64,000 bases of DNA. Source: Lachnospiraceae bacterium. Its GTDB lineage: Bacteria > Bacillota > Clostridia > Lachnospirales > Lachnospiraceae. Both the position numbers and the translations under genes were made by a program. Position 1 is the first letter of the stretch. The number at the start of each line of letters is the position of its first letter. The notes below the pieces were generated by a model that worked only from the letters and a program-made list of their open reading frames with translations, had not been told where the DNA came from and made no database searches. Below are positions 55,319 through 63,787 of this stretch, piece by piece. The stretch is taken from the NCBI GenBank assembly GCA_028693165.1, contig JAQUVX010000025.1:271-64270 (forward strand), in the 5' to 3' direction.

Positions 55319-56191
55319 ATGGAATTTTTAATGATACTTTTTGGCACATTCTTCGGCTTGGGATTATTTTTCATTCTTGCCGATGTGCTGAAGCTCCCAA
55401 GCCTTGCCACGGGTAAGGCCATGCTCACCGCCACCAAGCGAAGCGGTGAAAGGGCAAAAAGCCTTGAATCACTCTTAAACGGCTGGGCGGTCAAGCTTGC
55501 CAAATACCTGCCGATGGATGAATACAAGAAAATCCGAATGCAGCACACCCTAAGTGCTGCAGGCATGGCAGAAACGCCGGAGGAATTTACAGCATATGCA
55601 CTGCTAAAATCGGCTTTGATTGCGTCACTGATCTTGCCGTGTCTGCTAATTTTTCCGTTGATTGCTCCAATCGTACTGTTCCTGTCGGTCATTGTGTATT
55701 TCAAAGAAATCCGCAAGGCAGATGAAAAGCTGACCGCAAAGCGTGAAAAGATTGAAATAGAACTGCCACGCTTTGTTGCCACCATCACCCAGGAGCTAAA
55801 GGCAAGCCGAGATGTCCTTTCAATGCTGGAGCATTACAAGAAAAATTCAGGCGAAGATTTTGCAAAGGAGCTGGACATTGTAACTGCCGATATGCGCTCA
55901 TCAAGCTATGAGGCGGCTCTCACCCGATTTGAGTCAAGGCTCAATTCCCCCATGCTTTCGGATATTACCAGAGGGCTTATTGGCGTGCTTCGTGGCGATG
56001 ACGGCGGTATGTATTTTCAAATGCTTAGTCACGACATGAAGCAGCTGGAGCTGCAGAGATTAAAGGCACAGGCAATGAAGATACCGCCTAAAATCCGAGT
56101 GTTCAGCTTTTTAATGCTAATGTGCTTTCTCATGATGTACATGGTGGTTATTGTCTTTGAAATTATCCGATCCCTTGGCGGAATGCTGTAG
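55319..56191 (+). CDS. TadC-like type II secretion system F-family membrane protein
   Basis: Same architecture as the preceding gene. The ATG at 55319 follows AGGAGG. Confidence 0.7.
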   Translation: MEFLMILFGTFFGLGLFFILADVLKLPSLATGKAMLTATKRSGERAKSLESLLNGWAVKLAKYLPMDEYKKIRMQHTLSAAGMAETPEEFTAYALLKSALIASLILPCLLIFPLIAPIVLFLSVIVYFKEIRKADEKLTAKREKIEIELPRFVATITQELKASRDVLSMLEHYKKNSGEDFAKELDIVTADMRSSSYEAALTRFESRLNSPMLSDITRGLIGVLRGDDGGMYFQMLSHDMKQLELQRLKAQAMKIPPKIRVFSFLMLMCFLMMYMVVIVFEIIRSLGGML

Positions 56192-56201
56192 GAGGTGCAT
56201 A

Positions 56202-56606
56202 ATGGAGAAATTGTTGAAGCCTCTTAAAAACAATCGTGGCGAGGGCTACATCGATGTGGTGGTGCTGATTTTGTGTGCCATGCTTGTGATTGCCCTTGCG
56301 GTCAAGGTGTTCCCCGCCTATATCGCCAAGCAAAGGGTGGACACCTTCGCCACAGAGCTTGTGCGTGAAGCGGAAATTGCAGGACAGGTCGGCTCGGAAA
56401 CCTCAAGACGGCAGCAGCTTCTTGTGGAACAGACAGGAATCAGTCCCGAGGTCAGCTGGTCACGAACAGGCAAAATTCAGCTGAATGAGGAAGTTTCTGT
56501 GGTGGTCATATACCGTATGGAGATTGGCTTGTTCGGAGAATTTGGCTCATTCCCTGTCACCTTGCGAGGGGAAGCAATGGGAAAAAGCGAGGTGTACTGG
56601 AAATGA
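56202..56606 (+). CDS. Pseudopilin-like protein (DUF4320-like) with a class III type signal
   Basis: N-terminus MEKLLKPLKNNRG-EGYIDVVVLILCAMLVIALAV. Confidence 0.6.
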   Translation: MEKLLKPLKNNRGEGYIDVVVLILCAMLVIALAVKVFPAYIAKQRVDTFATELVREAEIAGQVGSETSRRQQLLVEQTGISPEVSWSRTGKIQLNEEVSVVVIYRMEIGLFGEFGSFPVTLRGEAMGKSEVYWK

Positions 56607-57154
56607 TGAAAAAGCTGTTACATCCCCTTAAAAATAATCGTGGCAATGGCTATCCCTTAGCTGTTGCCATTACTCTAATCCTTATTATGATTTTTACAGG
56701 TGTTTCCGAATATTTTCGACTGATGATTGTGGCACAGGGTGTCCGAGATGCCCTGCAGGACGCTGTTATTTCCACCGTTACGGAGAATTACAGCAATGTA
56801 TATCACGGTGTCCGTGAGGGATATTCGGGTGGATATCAGCCTATGGCGGAGGACTTCGAGGAAGCCTTGGACTATGGTGATATCTATGATAAAATGGATA
56901 CCATACTTGGGCTTACCGTGCAAAACGGTTATCATATCAAGCCTGCAAGTGATACCACCCAAACCCAATTTAAGATATGGGGCTTAGCGGTGGAAATAGA
57001 AAATGCACCTCTTGCCGCAGCTGATTATTCAGGCGATAGGTTTACCATTGACAGCACCATTATGTTGGAAGTTCCCGTATCCTTTGGCGGGAAATTGCTG
57101 CCACCCATGCGAATAAAGGTGAAAAACAGTGCCGGTTACACGCCGAAATTTTAA
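56603..57154 (+). CDS. Pseudopilin-like (TadE/TadF-type) protein
   Basis: N-terminus MMKKLLHPLKNNRG-NGYPLAVAITLILIMIF. ATGA overlap with the upstream gene. Confidence 0.6.
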   Translation: MMKKLLHPLKNNRGNGYPLAVAITLILIMIFTGVSEYFRLMIVAQGVRDALQDAVISTVTENYSNVYHGVREGYSGGYQPMAEDFEEALDYGDIYDKMDTILGLTVQNGYHIKPASDTTQTQFKIWGLAVEIENAPLAAADYSGDRFTIDSTIMLEVPVSFGGKLLPPMRIKVKNSAGYTPKF

Positions 57155-57243
57155 CTTTCCCTTAACTTCACAATCTTTTAATAGCTATTACTTACTTTCT
57201 GTGGTAATGTGTGGCTTAACAAAAATATAAGGAGGAAACCCCT

Positions 57244-57780
57244 ATGAAGAATATGAATGATAAAACAAAGAAATGGCTTGTGGTTGCAGGCGGTCTTGCT
57301 GTAAGTGCGGTGCTGCTGGTGCTGATTGCAGGAGCCTTCAAAACTCCGGCAGTCGAGGATGCAGACATCCCCCAAAGCAGCAGTGAGGTGCAGGACATTG
57401 TAGTGGATGCACCTGATATTACAGAGAAAGAAAATGACATCACTGTCCCTGCAATCGACATCCCAGAGGAAGTAAAATCCTCAAACGGTGTGGACACCGG
57501 CACCGAGCAGACCATTCAGCCGGATGTGGAAGAAAAGCCTACCTACACCGAGGAAGAACTGACAAACCCCAATCAGAAGCCAAACGGTGAAAAGGTAGAC
57601 CCTCCGACAGAGGAAAATCCGACTCCGCCGCAGACACAGGATAACCCGCAGGAACAGCCAAGTGCTTCTACCGGCGGTGGGCTGCCGGGCTTCGATAATG
57701 TACCAAATGCAGGAGAAAGCGAAAACATTTATGTAGACGGTATGAAAGAAAATGGAAACAAAATTGGAATTATGGACTAA
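57244..57780 (+). CDS. Single-pass membrane protein with a Pro/Glu/Thr-rich extracellular region
   Basis: TM segment WLVVAGGLAVSAVLLVLIAGAF followed by a low-complexity acidic/Pro-rich sequence. Confidence 0.55.
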   Translation: MKNMNDKTKKWLVVAGGLAVSAVLLVLIAGAFKTPAVEDADIPQSSSEVQDIVVDAPDITEKENDITVPAIDIPEEVKSSNGVDTGTEQTIQPDVEEKPTYTEEELTNPNQKPNGEKVDPPTEENPTPPQTQDNPQEQPSASTGGGLPGFDNVPNAGESENIYVDGMKENGNKIGIMD

Positions 57781-57797
57781 ATCAAGAATAGCAAAAG

Positions 57798-57826
57798 AAA
57801 TGCACTGTGAAAACGGTGCATTTTTC
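57798..57826 (+). terminator. Intrinsic terminator closing the pilus operon
   Basis: TGCAC..GTGCA hairpin followed by TTTTT. Confidence 0.65.
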
Positions 57827-57845
57827 TTTGCAGAAAGGAACCCTA

Positions 57846-59573
57846 ATGAGAAAAATTCTATCAGCATTCTGCTTGGTTTTTGCCCTTGTTTGCTGTTTTT
57901 CTGTTCCTGCATTTGCTGTAGGCGATGGAAATATTGATGCAGGAGGCGGTGGCATGGGCAGTGGCACAAGCACCAATGTATGGTCACCGGGTAATGATGG
58001 AGTGAGAGTAACTGTGGTTAAAGCAGATACCCACTCACCAGTGACAACTCCAATCGACTTAACAAATAAATCTCCAAGCAATGGTATTTATAATTTTGGA
58101 AAAAAATCAAAATTAAGTTATAGCAGTGGTCAGTCGCTAACTCCGCAAAAAGGTGGATTTAAAACATACACACCACAGCAGCAACTGCCTCGAATTGTCA
58201 GCACTAATGGAAGTAATAACATTTCTGCGATAAAAAGCTACTTTACAGATGAGCTAATTATTCGATATATCGCCCAACTTACAGGCATGAACTACGATGT
58301 GTTAATCGGCGGTGATTACAAGTTACTTCTTGAGCCATTCGCTTTTTACAAGTTTGAGGGTGTCATGATACTCACCACGGCAACCGAAGCCGCCATGTAC
58401 GATGAACAGGTCAGTGGCTTACTTCGCAGCAGAATGGTATCCCTCTCCCATAAGAATCTACCTCTTGCCATGTTCTTGGAGGTGTCAGATTTGGGATATC
58501 CTGCGTGGGGCGGCAGCACCACAAAGGCCGCCTCCAATGCGGAGATTAAATCTTCACTTGGTCTTGGTGTGGTACGGTTTACCGAGCAGCCGGAACAGCC
58601 TGTTGTTTCTGCCTATGACTACGAATATCGTGTGGATACCGAGGTTATTACCTCTGTTTGGGTAAGCGGTGGTCAGTCTGATCCCGATACCCCTACAACG
58701 GTCAGCTTTAATATTAATGGCAGCACCTACAACGTGGGGAATGTCTATTATCCCGAGGGCGACAGCCAGCTGGCGTGGGTAAAATGGACTACCCCTACCA
58801 CCGAGCAGGACATGGTCATTCATGTGACGGTGCGTGGCCCGGGCGGAACAGACAAGACCACCATCAACTGCAAAATCGTGGATTTGGATAAGAATCCTCC
58901 GCCAAATCCGGTTGCCGATGACCGAAACGATAGCTTCCGGCAGGAAGCCGTTCCCCAAAGAGCAGAAAAAGCAAGAGCAGACTGGAGCATCTGGCGTCCG
59001 TGGTGGCAGGAGTATTGGGTGGACAGAGGTCATTGGGAATCCGATGACTGGACGGACAGCGAGGGCAATTCCCACTCAAGTAGCTATTGGGTGTCAAATT
59101 GGGTTGACGAGGGATGGTATGAATTCGATTTAGACCGTTATTATGCTTCCTTCTCTGCCAATATGGACATCACCTGCGACAGCAAAAACCCAACTGCAAG
59201 TGGCTCAGTTATGAAAAGTGGGTACGGCATCAATGAAAAGGTGTCGGCATCTGTCAGCACCAATCAGTCCTCGGCAGTATCTAAACCGCAAAATGCGGTC
59301 AGCTATTTTCCGGAATTCAACTATAACACCTACTGGCGATTGCTTGACAGAATGGGCAGTGGGAGGTTTGAATTTAAGAAAAACAGCTATTCCACCTATA
59401 AGAACAGAACCCATTTCACCCCGATATGGATGCCGGACGGAGCATACACCGTCAACACATGGGTAATCGACAGCTGGACCCCCGTGGGTATGCTTTCTGC
59501 AAATCTGACCGACTCTCTGACCATCAGAGAATCGCTCTGGGCGGACTGGCACATCGGCCCGCTTGCCCCTTGA
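57846..59573 (+). CDS. Large secreted protein with a Trp-rich C-terminal region (function unknown)
   Basis: Signal peptide MRKILSAFCLVFALVCCFSVPAFA. There are ten Trp in about 55 residues around 58975..59125 (ADWSIWRPWWQEYWVDRGHWESDDW...). Confidence 0.6.
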   Translation: MRKILSAFCLVFALVCCFSVPAFAVGDGNIDAGGGGMGSGTSTNVWSPGNDGVRVTVVKADTHSPVTTPIDLTNKSPSNGIYNFGKKSKLSYSSGQSLTPQKGGFKTYTPQQQLPRIVSTNGSNNISAIKSYFTDELIIRYIAQLTGMNYDVLIGGDYKLLLEPFAFYKFEGVMILTTATEAAMYDEQVSGLLRSRMVSLSHKNLPLAMFLEVSDLGYPAWGGSTTKAASNAEIKSSLGLGVVRFTEQPEQPVVSAYDYEYRVDTEVITSVWVSGGQSDPDTPTTVSFNINGSTYNVGNVYYPEGDSQLAWVKWTTPTTEQDMVIHVTVRGPGGTDKTTINCKIVDLDKNPPPNPVADDRNDSFRQEAVPQRAEKARADWSIWRPWWQEYWVDRGHWESDDWTDSEGNSHSSSYWVSNWVDEGWYEFDLDRYYASFSANMDITCDSKNPTASGSVMKSGYGINEKVSASVSTNQSSAVSKPQNAVSYFPEFNYNTYWRLLDRMGSGRFEFKKNSYSTYKNRTHFTPIWMPDGAYTVNTWVIDSWTPVGMLSANLTDSLTIRESLWADWHIGPLAP

Positions 59574-59587
59574 AATTAGGAGGAAAA

Positions 59588-60064
59588 ATGGCTTATAAAC
59601 GAATAGCGGCTCCCAAAGCGGAGTTGTATCACTACACTAAAAAAGAAAGTCTGCCGAAGATTTTGGCAGATGACAGGATTCGAAAATTTAAGGATAAGGA
59701 ATGTTGGTTTTGTGCGTCCTTAGAGGATACCCTACAGCTGATGGAGCTTACCGTCATGCATGAGGGTGGTCTGTATATTGATACCAATGGCTTCCCAAAG
59801 CGTTATCCGAAATTTGTGCCGGATGATTATGTCATTCTAAAGCTCACACCAAGATATCAAAATGGTGATTGGGTCAGATGGCAGCAGGAAGTGCCGCCAA
59901 ACAGCTCACAGGAACTGCTTGACCAAGCCAAAAAATTCAGTGAACTGAAAATCGGGTATCGTGGAGATATGAAATTTCGGGAAAGTCCCGAAATCATAGA
60001 AATAAGCGAAGCCTTGCAGCTGAGAGCCGAAGAAGCTCCTACACTGCAAGGCTTTTGCTATTAA
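59588..60064 (+). CDS. Hypothetical cytoplasmic protein
   Basis: The ATG at 59588 follows AGGAGGAAAA. No family recognised. Confidence 0.5.
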   Translation: MAYKRIAAPKAELYHYTKKESLPKILADDRIRKFKDKECWFCASLEDTLQLMELTVMHEGGLYIDTNGFPKRYPKFVPDDYVILKLTPRYQNGDWVRWQQEVPPNSSQELLDQAKKFSELKIGYRGDMKFRESPEIIEISEALQLRAEEAPTLQGFCY

Positions 60065-60084
60065 AGGAAAGGTGAAAACATTTT

Positions 60085-60420
60085 ATGAAGAAAAAAAGAA
60101 AATTGATTTTGTGTCTTGTGGTGGCACTGCTTCTATGCTTGGCATTCAGCACTACAGCCTTTGCCGCAGGCGATGTTGCAGGAGCAATCGAAAGCACATG
60201 GAGCGATGCCTCGGGGCAGATTAAAACGGTGGTCAATCGGGTTGTGTTTCCAGCCATTGACCTAATCTTGGCAGTGTTCTTCTTTGCGAAGCTCGGGCTT
60301 TCGTATTTTGACTACCGAAAAAGTGGGCAGTTTGAATGGGCGGCACCTGCGATTTTGTTCGCCTGCCTTGTGTTTACCTTGACTGCCCCGACATATATTT
60401 GGTCTGTGCTTGGAATGTAA
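60085..60420 (+). CDS. TrbC/VirB2-like conjugative T4SS membrane protein
   Basis: Signal peptide ending TTAFA-AGD, followed by two hydrophobic helices. Size and layout match VirB2-like proteins of Firmicute ICEs. Confidence 0.6.
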   Translation: MKKKRKLILCLVVALLLCLAFSTTAFAAGDVAGAIESTWSDASGQIKTVVNRVVFPAIDLILAVFFFAKLGLSYFDYRKSGQFEWAAPAILFACLVFTLTAPTYIWSVLGM

Positions 60421-60423
60421 CAA

Positions 60424-60454
60424 AAGGCTGGCAAGCGAAATGCCTGCCAGCCTT
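60424..60454. terminator. Bidirectional hairpin between the VirB2-like gene and arsC
   Basis: AAGGCTGGCA / TGCCAGCCTT perfect 10-bp stem. Confidence 0.7.
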
Positions 60455-60458
60455 AAGC

Positions 60459-60863
60459 CTATAATCCGCTTGTAATCCGCTGTTTCAAATCCAAAATCTT
60501 TTTCTCAATTACTTGCATCGTCTGCTCAAATTCCGCATCACTTTTGCCGCTGGGGTCATCCAGGCCCCAATCTTCCCTGTGCTTGCAGGGCAGAAACGGA
60601 CATTGCACATTGCAGCCCATAGTCACCACAATGTCCACGGTCGGAATATCGGCAAGAAGCTTGGAACGCTGTGTCTGCTCCATGTCAATGCCATAGTGCT
60701 GCTTCATCAGTCGCACCGCATTTTGATTGATTTGCGGCTTTACCTCTGTGCCAGCAGAAAAACACTCAAACACATCGGCGGCAAGGAGCTTGCCTAACGC
60801 CTCGGCCATCTGGCTGCGGCAGGAATTGTGGACGCAAATAAAAGCTACCTTTGGCTTACTCAT
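60459..60863 (-). CDS. arsC: Arsenate reductase, thioredoxin-coupled LMW-PTP type
   Basis: CVHNSCRS (CX5R) P-loop and downstream Cys residues (GCNVQCPFLPC). The ATG overlaps the ACR3 stop (ATGA). Confidence 0.9.
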   Translation of the reverse strand: MSKPKVAFICVHNSCRSQMAEALGKLLAADVFECFSAGTEVKPQINQNAVRLMKQHYGIDMEQTQRSKLLADIPTVDIVVTMGCNVQCPFLPCKHREDWGLDDPSGKSDAEFEQTMQVIEKKILDLKQRITSGL

Positions 60864-61906
60864 GCTGGAAACCACCCCTTTGTTTTATTCGCAAATTTCA
60901 CCAGCATCAGCATGACAGGAACCTCCACCAGCACACCCACAATGGTAGCCAGTGCCACAGGACTGCCAGTGCCAAACAGGGCAATGGCAACCGCAACCGA
61001 AAGCTCAAAGAAGTTGGATGCGCCAATCATCCCCGCAGGGGCGGCAATGCTGTGTGGCAGCTTTAGTAGCTTTGAGGCGATGTAGGCTATGGCGAAAATC
61101 AATATTGTCTGCAAAATCAGCGGTACAGCAATGAGGACAATATGCAGCGGATTTTCTAAAATCACCTTGCCTTGGAACGAAAAGATAATGACCAGTGTGA
61201 GCAGCAGCCCCGCCACCGTAATATTGCTGAACTTGGGGATAAAGCTATTTTGAAAATAATCCGCGCCTTTTTTCTTCGTGACAAGGGTGCGGGTAAGTAC
61301 GCCGCCCGCCAGAGGGATCACTACAAACAGCACCACCGACAAAATCAGCGTATCCCACGGAATTTGTACGCCGCCAACACCCAACAGAAAGGCCACAATC
61401 GGCGTAAAGGCAATGAGGATAATCAAATCGTTGGTGGCAACCTGTACCACCGTGTAGGCGGCATCCCCCTTGGTGAGATGACTCCACACAAACACCATTG
61501 CGGTGCAGGGAGCCGCCCCCAGCAGCACCGCTCCAGCCAGATAATCGCGGGCAAGCTCTGGTGGAATCAGGGCCTTGAACACCACAAAGAAAAACAGCCA
61601 CGCAATACCAAACATGGTAAAGGGCTTAATCAGCCAGTTGGTCACCCAAGTCACAAATAGCCCCTTTGGGTTTTTGCCCACATTTTTAATGCTATGAAAA
61701 TCCACCTTGAGCATCATGGGATAAATCATCAGCCAGATTAAAATGGCAATGGGGATGGATACATTTGCGTATTCAAACCTACCGAGAAAGGCGGGGATGG
61801 CGGGAATAAATCTGCCAATCAGCACGCCCACCACCATGCACAGCGCCACCCAAACGGTCAGATACCGCTCAAAAAAGCCGATACCCTGCGCTTTCTCTTT
61901 GCTCAT
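60860..61906 (-). CDS. acr3: ACR3 family arsenite efflux transporter
   Basis: 348-aa polytopic protein. The N-terminus GFFERYLTVWV and overall pattern are typical of ACR3. Confidence 0.9.
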   Translation of the reverse strand: MSKEKAQGIGFFERYLTVWVALCMVVGVLIGRFIPAIPAFLGRFEYANVSIPIAILIWLMIYPMMLKVDFHSIKNVGKNPKGLFVTWVTNWLIKPFTMFGIAWLFFFVVFKALIPPELARDYLAGAVLLGAAPCTAMVFVWSHLTKGDAAYTVVQVATNDLIILIAFTPIVAFLLGVGGVQIPWDTLILSVVLFVVIPLAGGVLTRTLVTKKKGADYFQNSFIPKFSNITVAGLLLTLVIIFSFQGKVILENPLHIVLIAVPLILQTILIFAIAYIASKLLKLPHSIAAPAGMIGASNFFELSVAVAIALFGTGSPVALATIVGVLVEVPVMLMLVKFANKTKGWFPA

Positions 61907-61908
61907 GG

Positions 61909-62271
61909 CTACACCCCGGCTTTCTCAATCAGCTTTTTAGCCTCCTCAACCTTGATGAGCTTGCCGTAGCTGACAACCTTGCTGTCAATGACCAATGCCG
62001 GAGTTTGCATGACACCATACCCTGCAATCTGCGCGTCATCGCCAATGTTCAGCACCTCGTCGGCCAAGCCCAGCTCCGCCACCGCTTTTTTTACATTGGC
62101 AAAGGTGTCGGTGCTTTTCTGACAGCAGGCACCCAGCACGATAAAGCGAGCCTTTTCAACATCGCTGATGCCGCACTGCCCACCGCAGGCGCAGGTTGCC
62201 TTGATTTCCCCGCCGCCACCGCAGCAGGGGGTAGTGTCCTCTTTTTTCTTTCCAAAACCGAACAAAGCCAT
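61909..62271 (-). CDS. Thioredoxin-fold protein (redox-active disulfide protein 2 type) with a Cys-rich N-terminal extension
   Basis: The core FIVLGACCQKS...VMQTPALVID is preceded by PCCGGGGEIKATCACGGQCG. Confidence 0.7.
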   Translation of the reverse strand: MALFGFGKKKEDTTPCCGGGGEIKATCACGGQCGISDVEKARFIVLGACCQKSTDTFANVKKAVAELGLADEVLNIGDDAQIAGYGVMQTPALVIDSKVVSYGKLIKVEEAKKLIEKAGV

Positions 62272-62300
62272 AATATAGTCCTCCTCTAAATTGATTTTAT

Positions 62301-63314
62301 TTACACAATAAACGGCTGCAGGAAGTTAAAGAAGTATCCCACAAGGATGATACCGACAGCGCAGATGCCAATGAACAGAGCCAGCAGCTTCGGCTTAATT
62401 GCCTTTTTCAGCATAATCATGGACGGCAGGCTCAATGTGGTAACCGCCATCATAAAGGCGAGGATTGCACCGAGCTGTGCACCCTTGGCAAGCAGTGCCT
62501 CCGCAATGGGGATGGTGCCAAAAATGTCCGCGTACATGGGGATACCGATGAGGGTAGCCAGAATTACACCAAAGGGATTGTCAGAACCGAGCACCGAAGC
62601 CACCCATTCCTGCGGTATCCAGTTATGGATTGCAGCGCCGATCCCAACGCCTATGAGAATATACGGAATCACCTTTTTGAAGGTCTCAAAGGTCTGCTCC
62701 TTGGCATAGACCACCCTGTCACGGCGGGTCAAATCGGGAGCTTCAATATCCACACTGCCTGCGGTGAGAATAAAGCTCTCAACGTGCTTTTCCATGTGCA
62801 GCTTTTCGATGATGGTACCGCCCACCACAGCAATCAGCAGCCCCACCAGCACATAGATGACCGCCACCTTTGTGCCGAAAATACTCATCAGCAGCACCAG
62901 CGAGCCGAGGTCAACCATTGGGGAGGAAATCAGAAAGGAAAAGGTTACGCCCAGCGGCAGGCCGGATGAGGTAAAGCCGATGAACAGCGGAATGGACGAG
63001 CATGAGCAAAAGGGCGTTACCGTACCAAGCAGTGCCGCCATGATGTTTGCCCCGATGCCATGAAATCGTCCGAGAATTTTCTTAGACCGTTCAGGCGGAA
63101 AATAGCTCTGAATATAGCTGATTATAAAAATCAGGAAGCAGAGCAACACGGTAATTTTGATGACATCGTAAAAGAAAAACTGAATACTTGCTACCCATCG
63201 GTTGGAAAGGTCAAGTCCCATAGAGGAAAGTCCCCAGCCGAGGAGATCATTGAGCCACTTCATTCCGAGGATTTGCCCTTGAAAGAAGTCCCAAGCTGAC
63301 TGTAATATTTGCAT
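62301..63314 (-). CDS. DUF318/ArsP-like permease
   Basis: Polytopic 337-aa protein with a VTPFCSCSSIP motif, located within the ars operon. Confidence 0.7.
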   Translation of the reverse strand: MQILQSAWDFFQGQILGMKWLNDLLGWGLSSMGLDLSNRWVASIQFFFYDVIKITVLLCFLIFIISYIQSYFPPERSKKILGRFHGIGANIMAALLGTVTPFCSCSSIPLFIGFTSSGLPLGVTFSFLISSPMVDLGSLVLLMSIFGTKVAVIYVLVGLLIAVVGGTIIEKLHMEKHVESFILTAGSVDIEAPDLTRRDRVVYAKEQTFETFKKVIPYILIGVGIGAAIHNWIPQEWVASVLGSDNPFGVILATLIGIPMYADIFGTIPIAEALLAKGAQLGAILAFMMAVTTLSLPSMIMLKKAIKPKLLALFIGICAVGIILVGYFFNFLQPFIV

Positions 63315-63350
63315 AGAAAGGTACGCCTCGCTTTCTTAGTTAAAGTTTCG

Positions 63351-63370
63351 TATCAAGAAATTTTGATATA
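63351..63370 (-). promoter_or_regulatory. Second ArsR-type operator candidate, upstream of the permease gene
   Basis: TATCAAgaaattTTGATA inverted repeat with the same half-sites as the repeat at the arsR promoter. Confidence 0.45.
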
Positions 63371-63407
63371 TTGTGTCGAATAAAAGCCATCTCGAAACAG
63401 ATGGCTT

Positions 63408-63731
63408 TTATTTGCATCCGCAGGAATCTACCCCCGCTTGTGCGTTAGGAGTAGTGAGTGCCTCCAACAGAACCATTGCAGACTTGCTGCCTGCCCTGCT
63501 TATTTTATAGTGTGTCCATTTGCCCTCTTGTCTTGCCTCCACCACACCCGACTCACAAAGTATTTTCATGTGGTAGGACAAACCGGATTGACCGATGCCC
63601 ATTTCGTCAATCAGTACGCAGGCACATTTTTCGCCACTTTGAAGCAGCTCCAAGATTGCAAGCCGCTTCTCATCACAAAATGCTTTGAACACTTTTGCGT
63701 TTTTCGCATGTTTGGTTTTCAAGTTTATCAC
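63408..63731 (-). CDS. arsR: ArsR/SmtB family metalloregulator
   Basis: wHTH with a GEKCACVLIDEM metal-site region. It is the first gene of the ars operon. Confidence 0.88.
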   Translation of the reverse strand: MINLKTKHAKNAKVFKAFCDEKRLAILELLQSGEKCACVLIDEMGIGQSGLSYHMKILCESGVVEARQEGKWTHYKISRAGSKSAMVLLEALTTPNAQAGVDSCGCK

Positions 63732-63734
63732 CTC

Positions 63735-63787
63735 ACATCAAAATTACTTGATATGTATAGTATATGCAGAAACTTTCATTTTGTCAA
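63735..63787 (-). promoter_or_regulatory. ars operon promoter with operator
   Basis: On the minus strand: TTGACA (63787..63782), a 17-nt spacer, TATACT (63764..63759), then the inverted repeat ATCAAgtaatTTTGAT (63735..63754 region). Confidence 0.6.
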
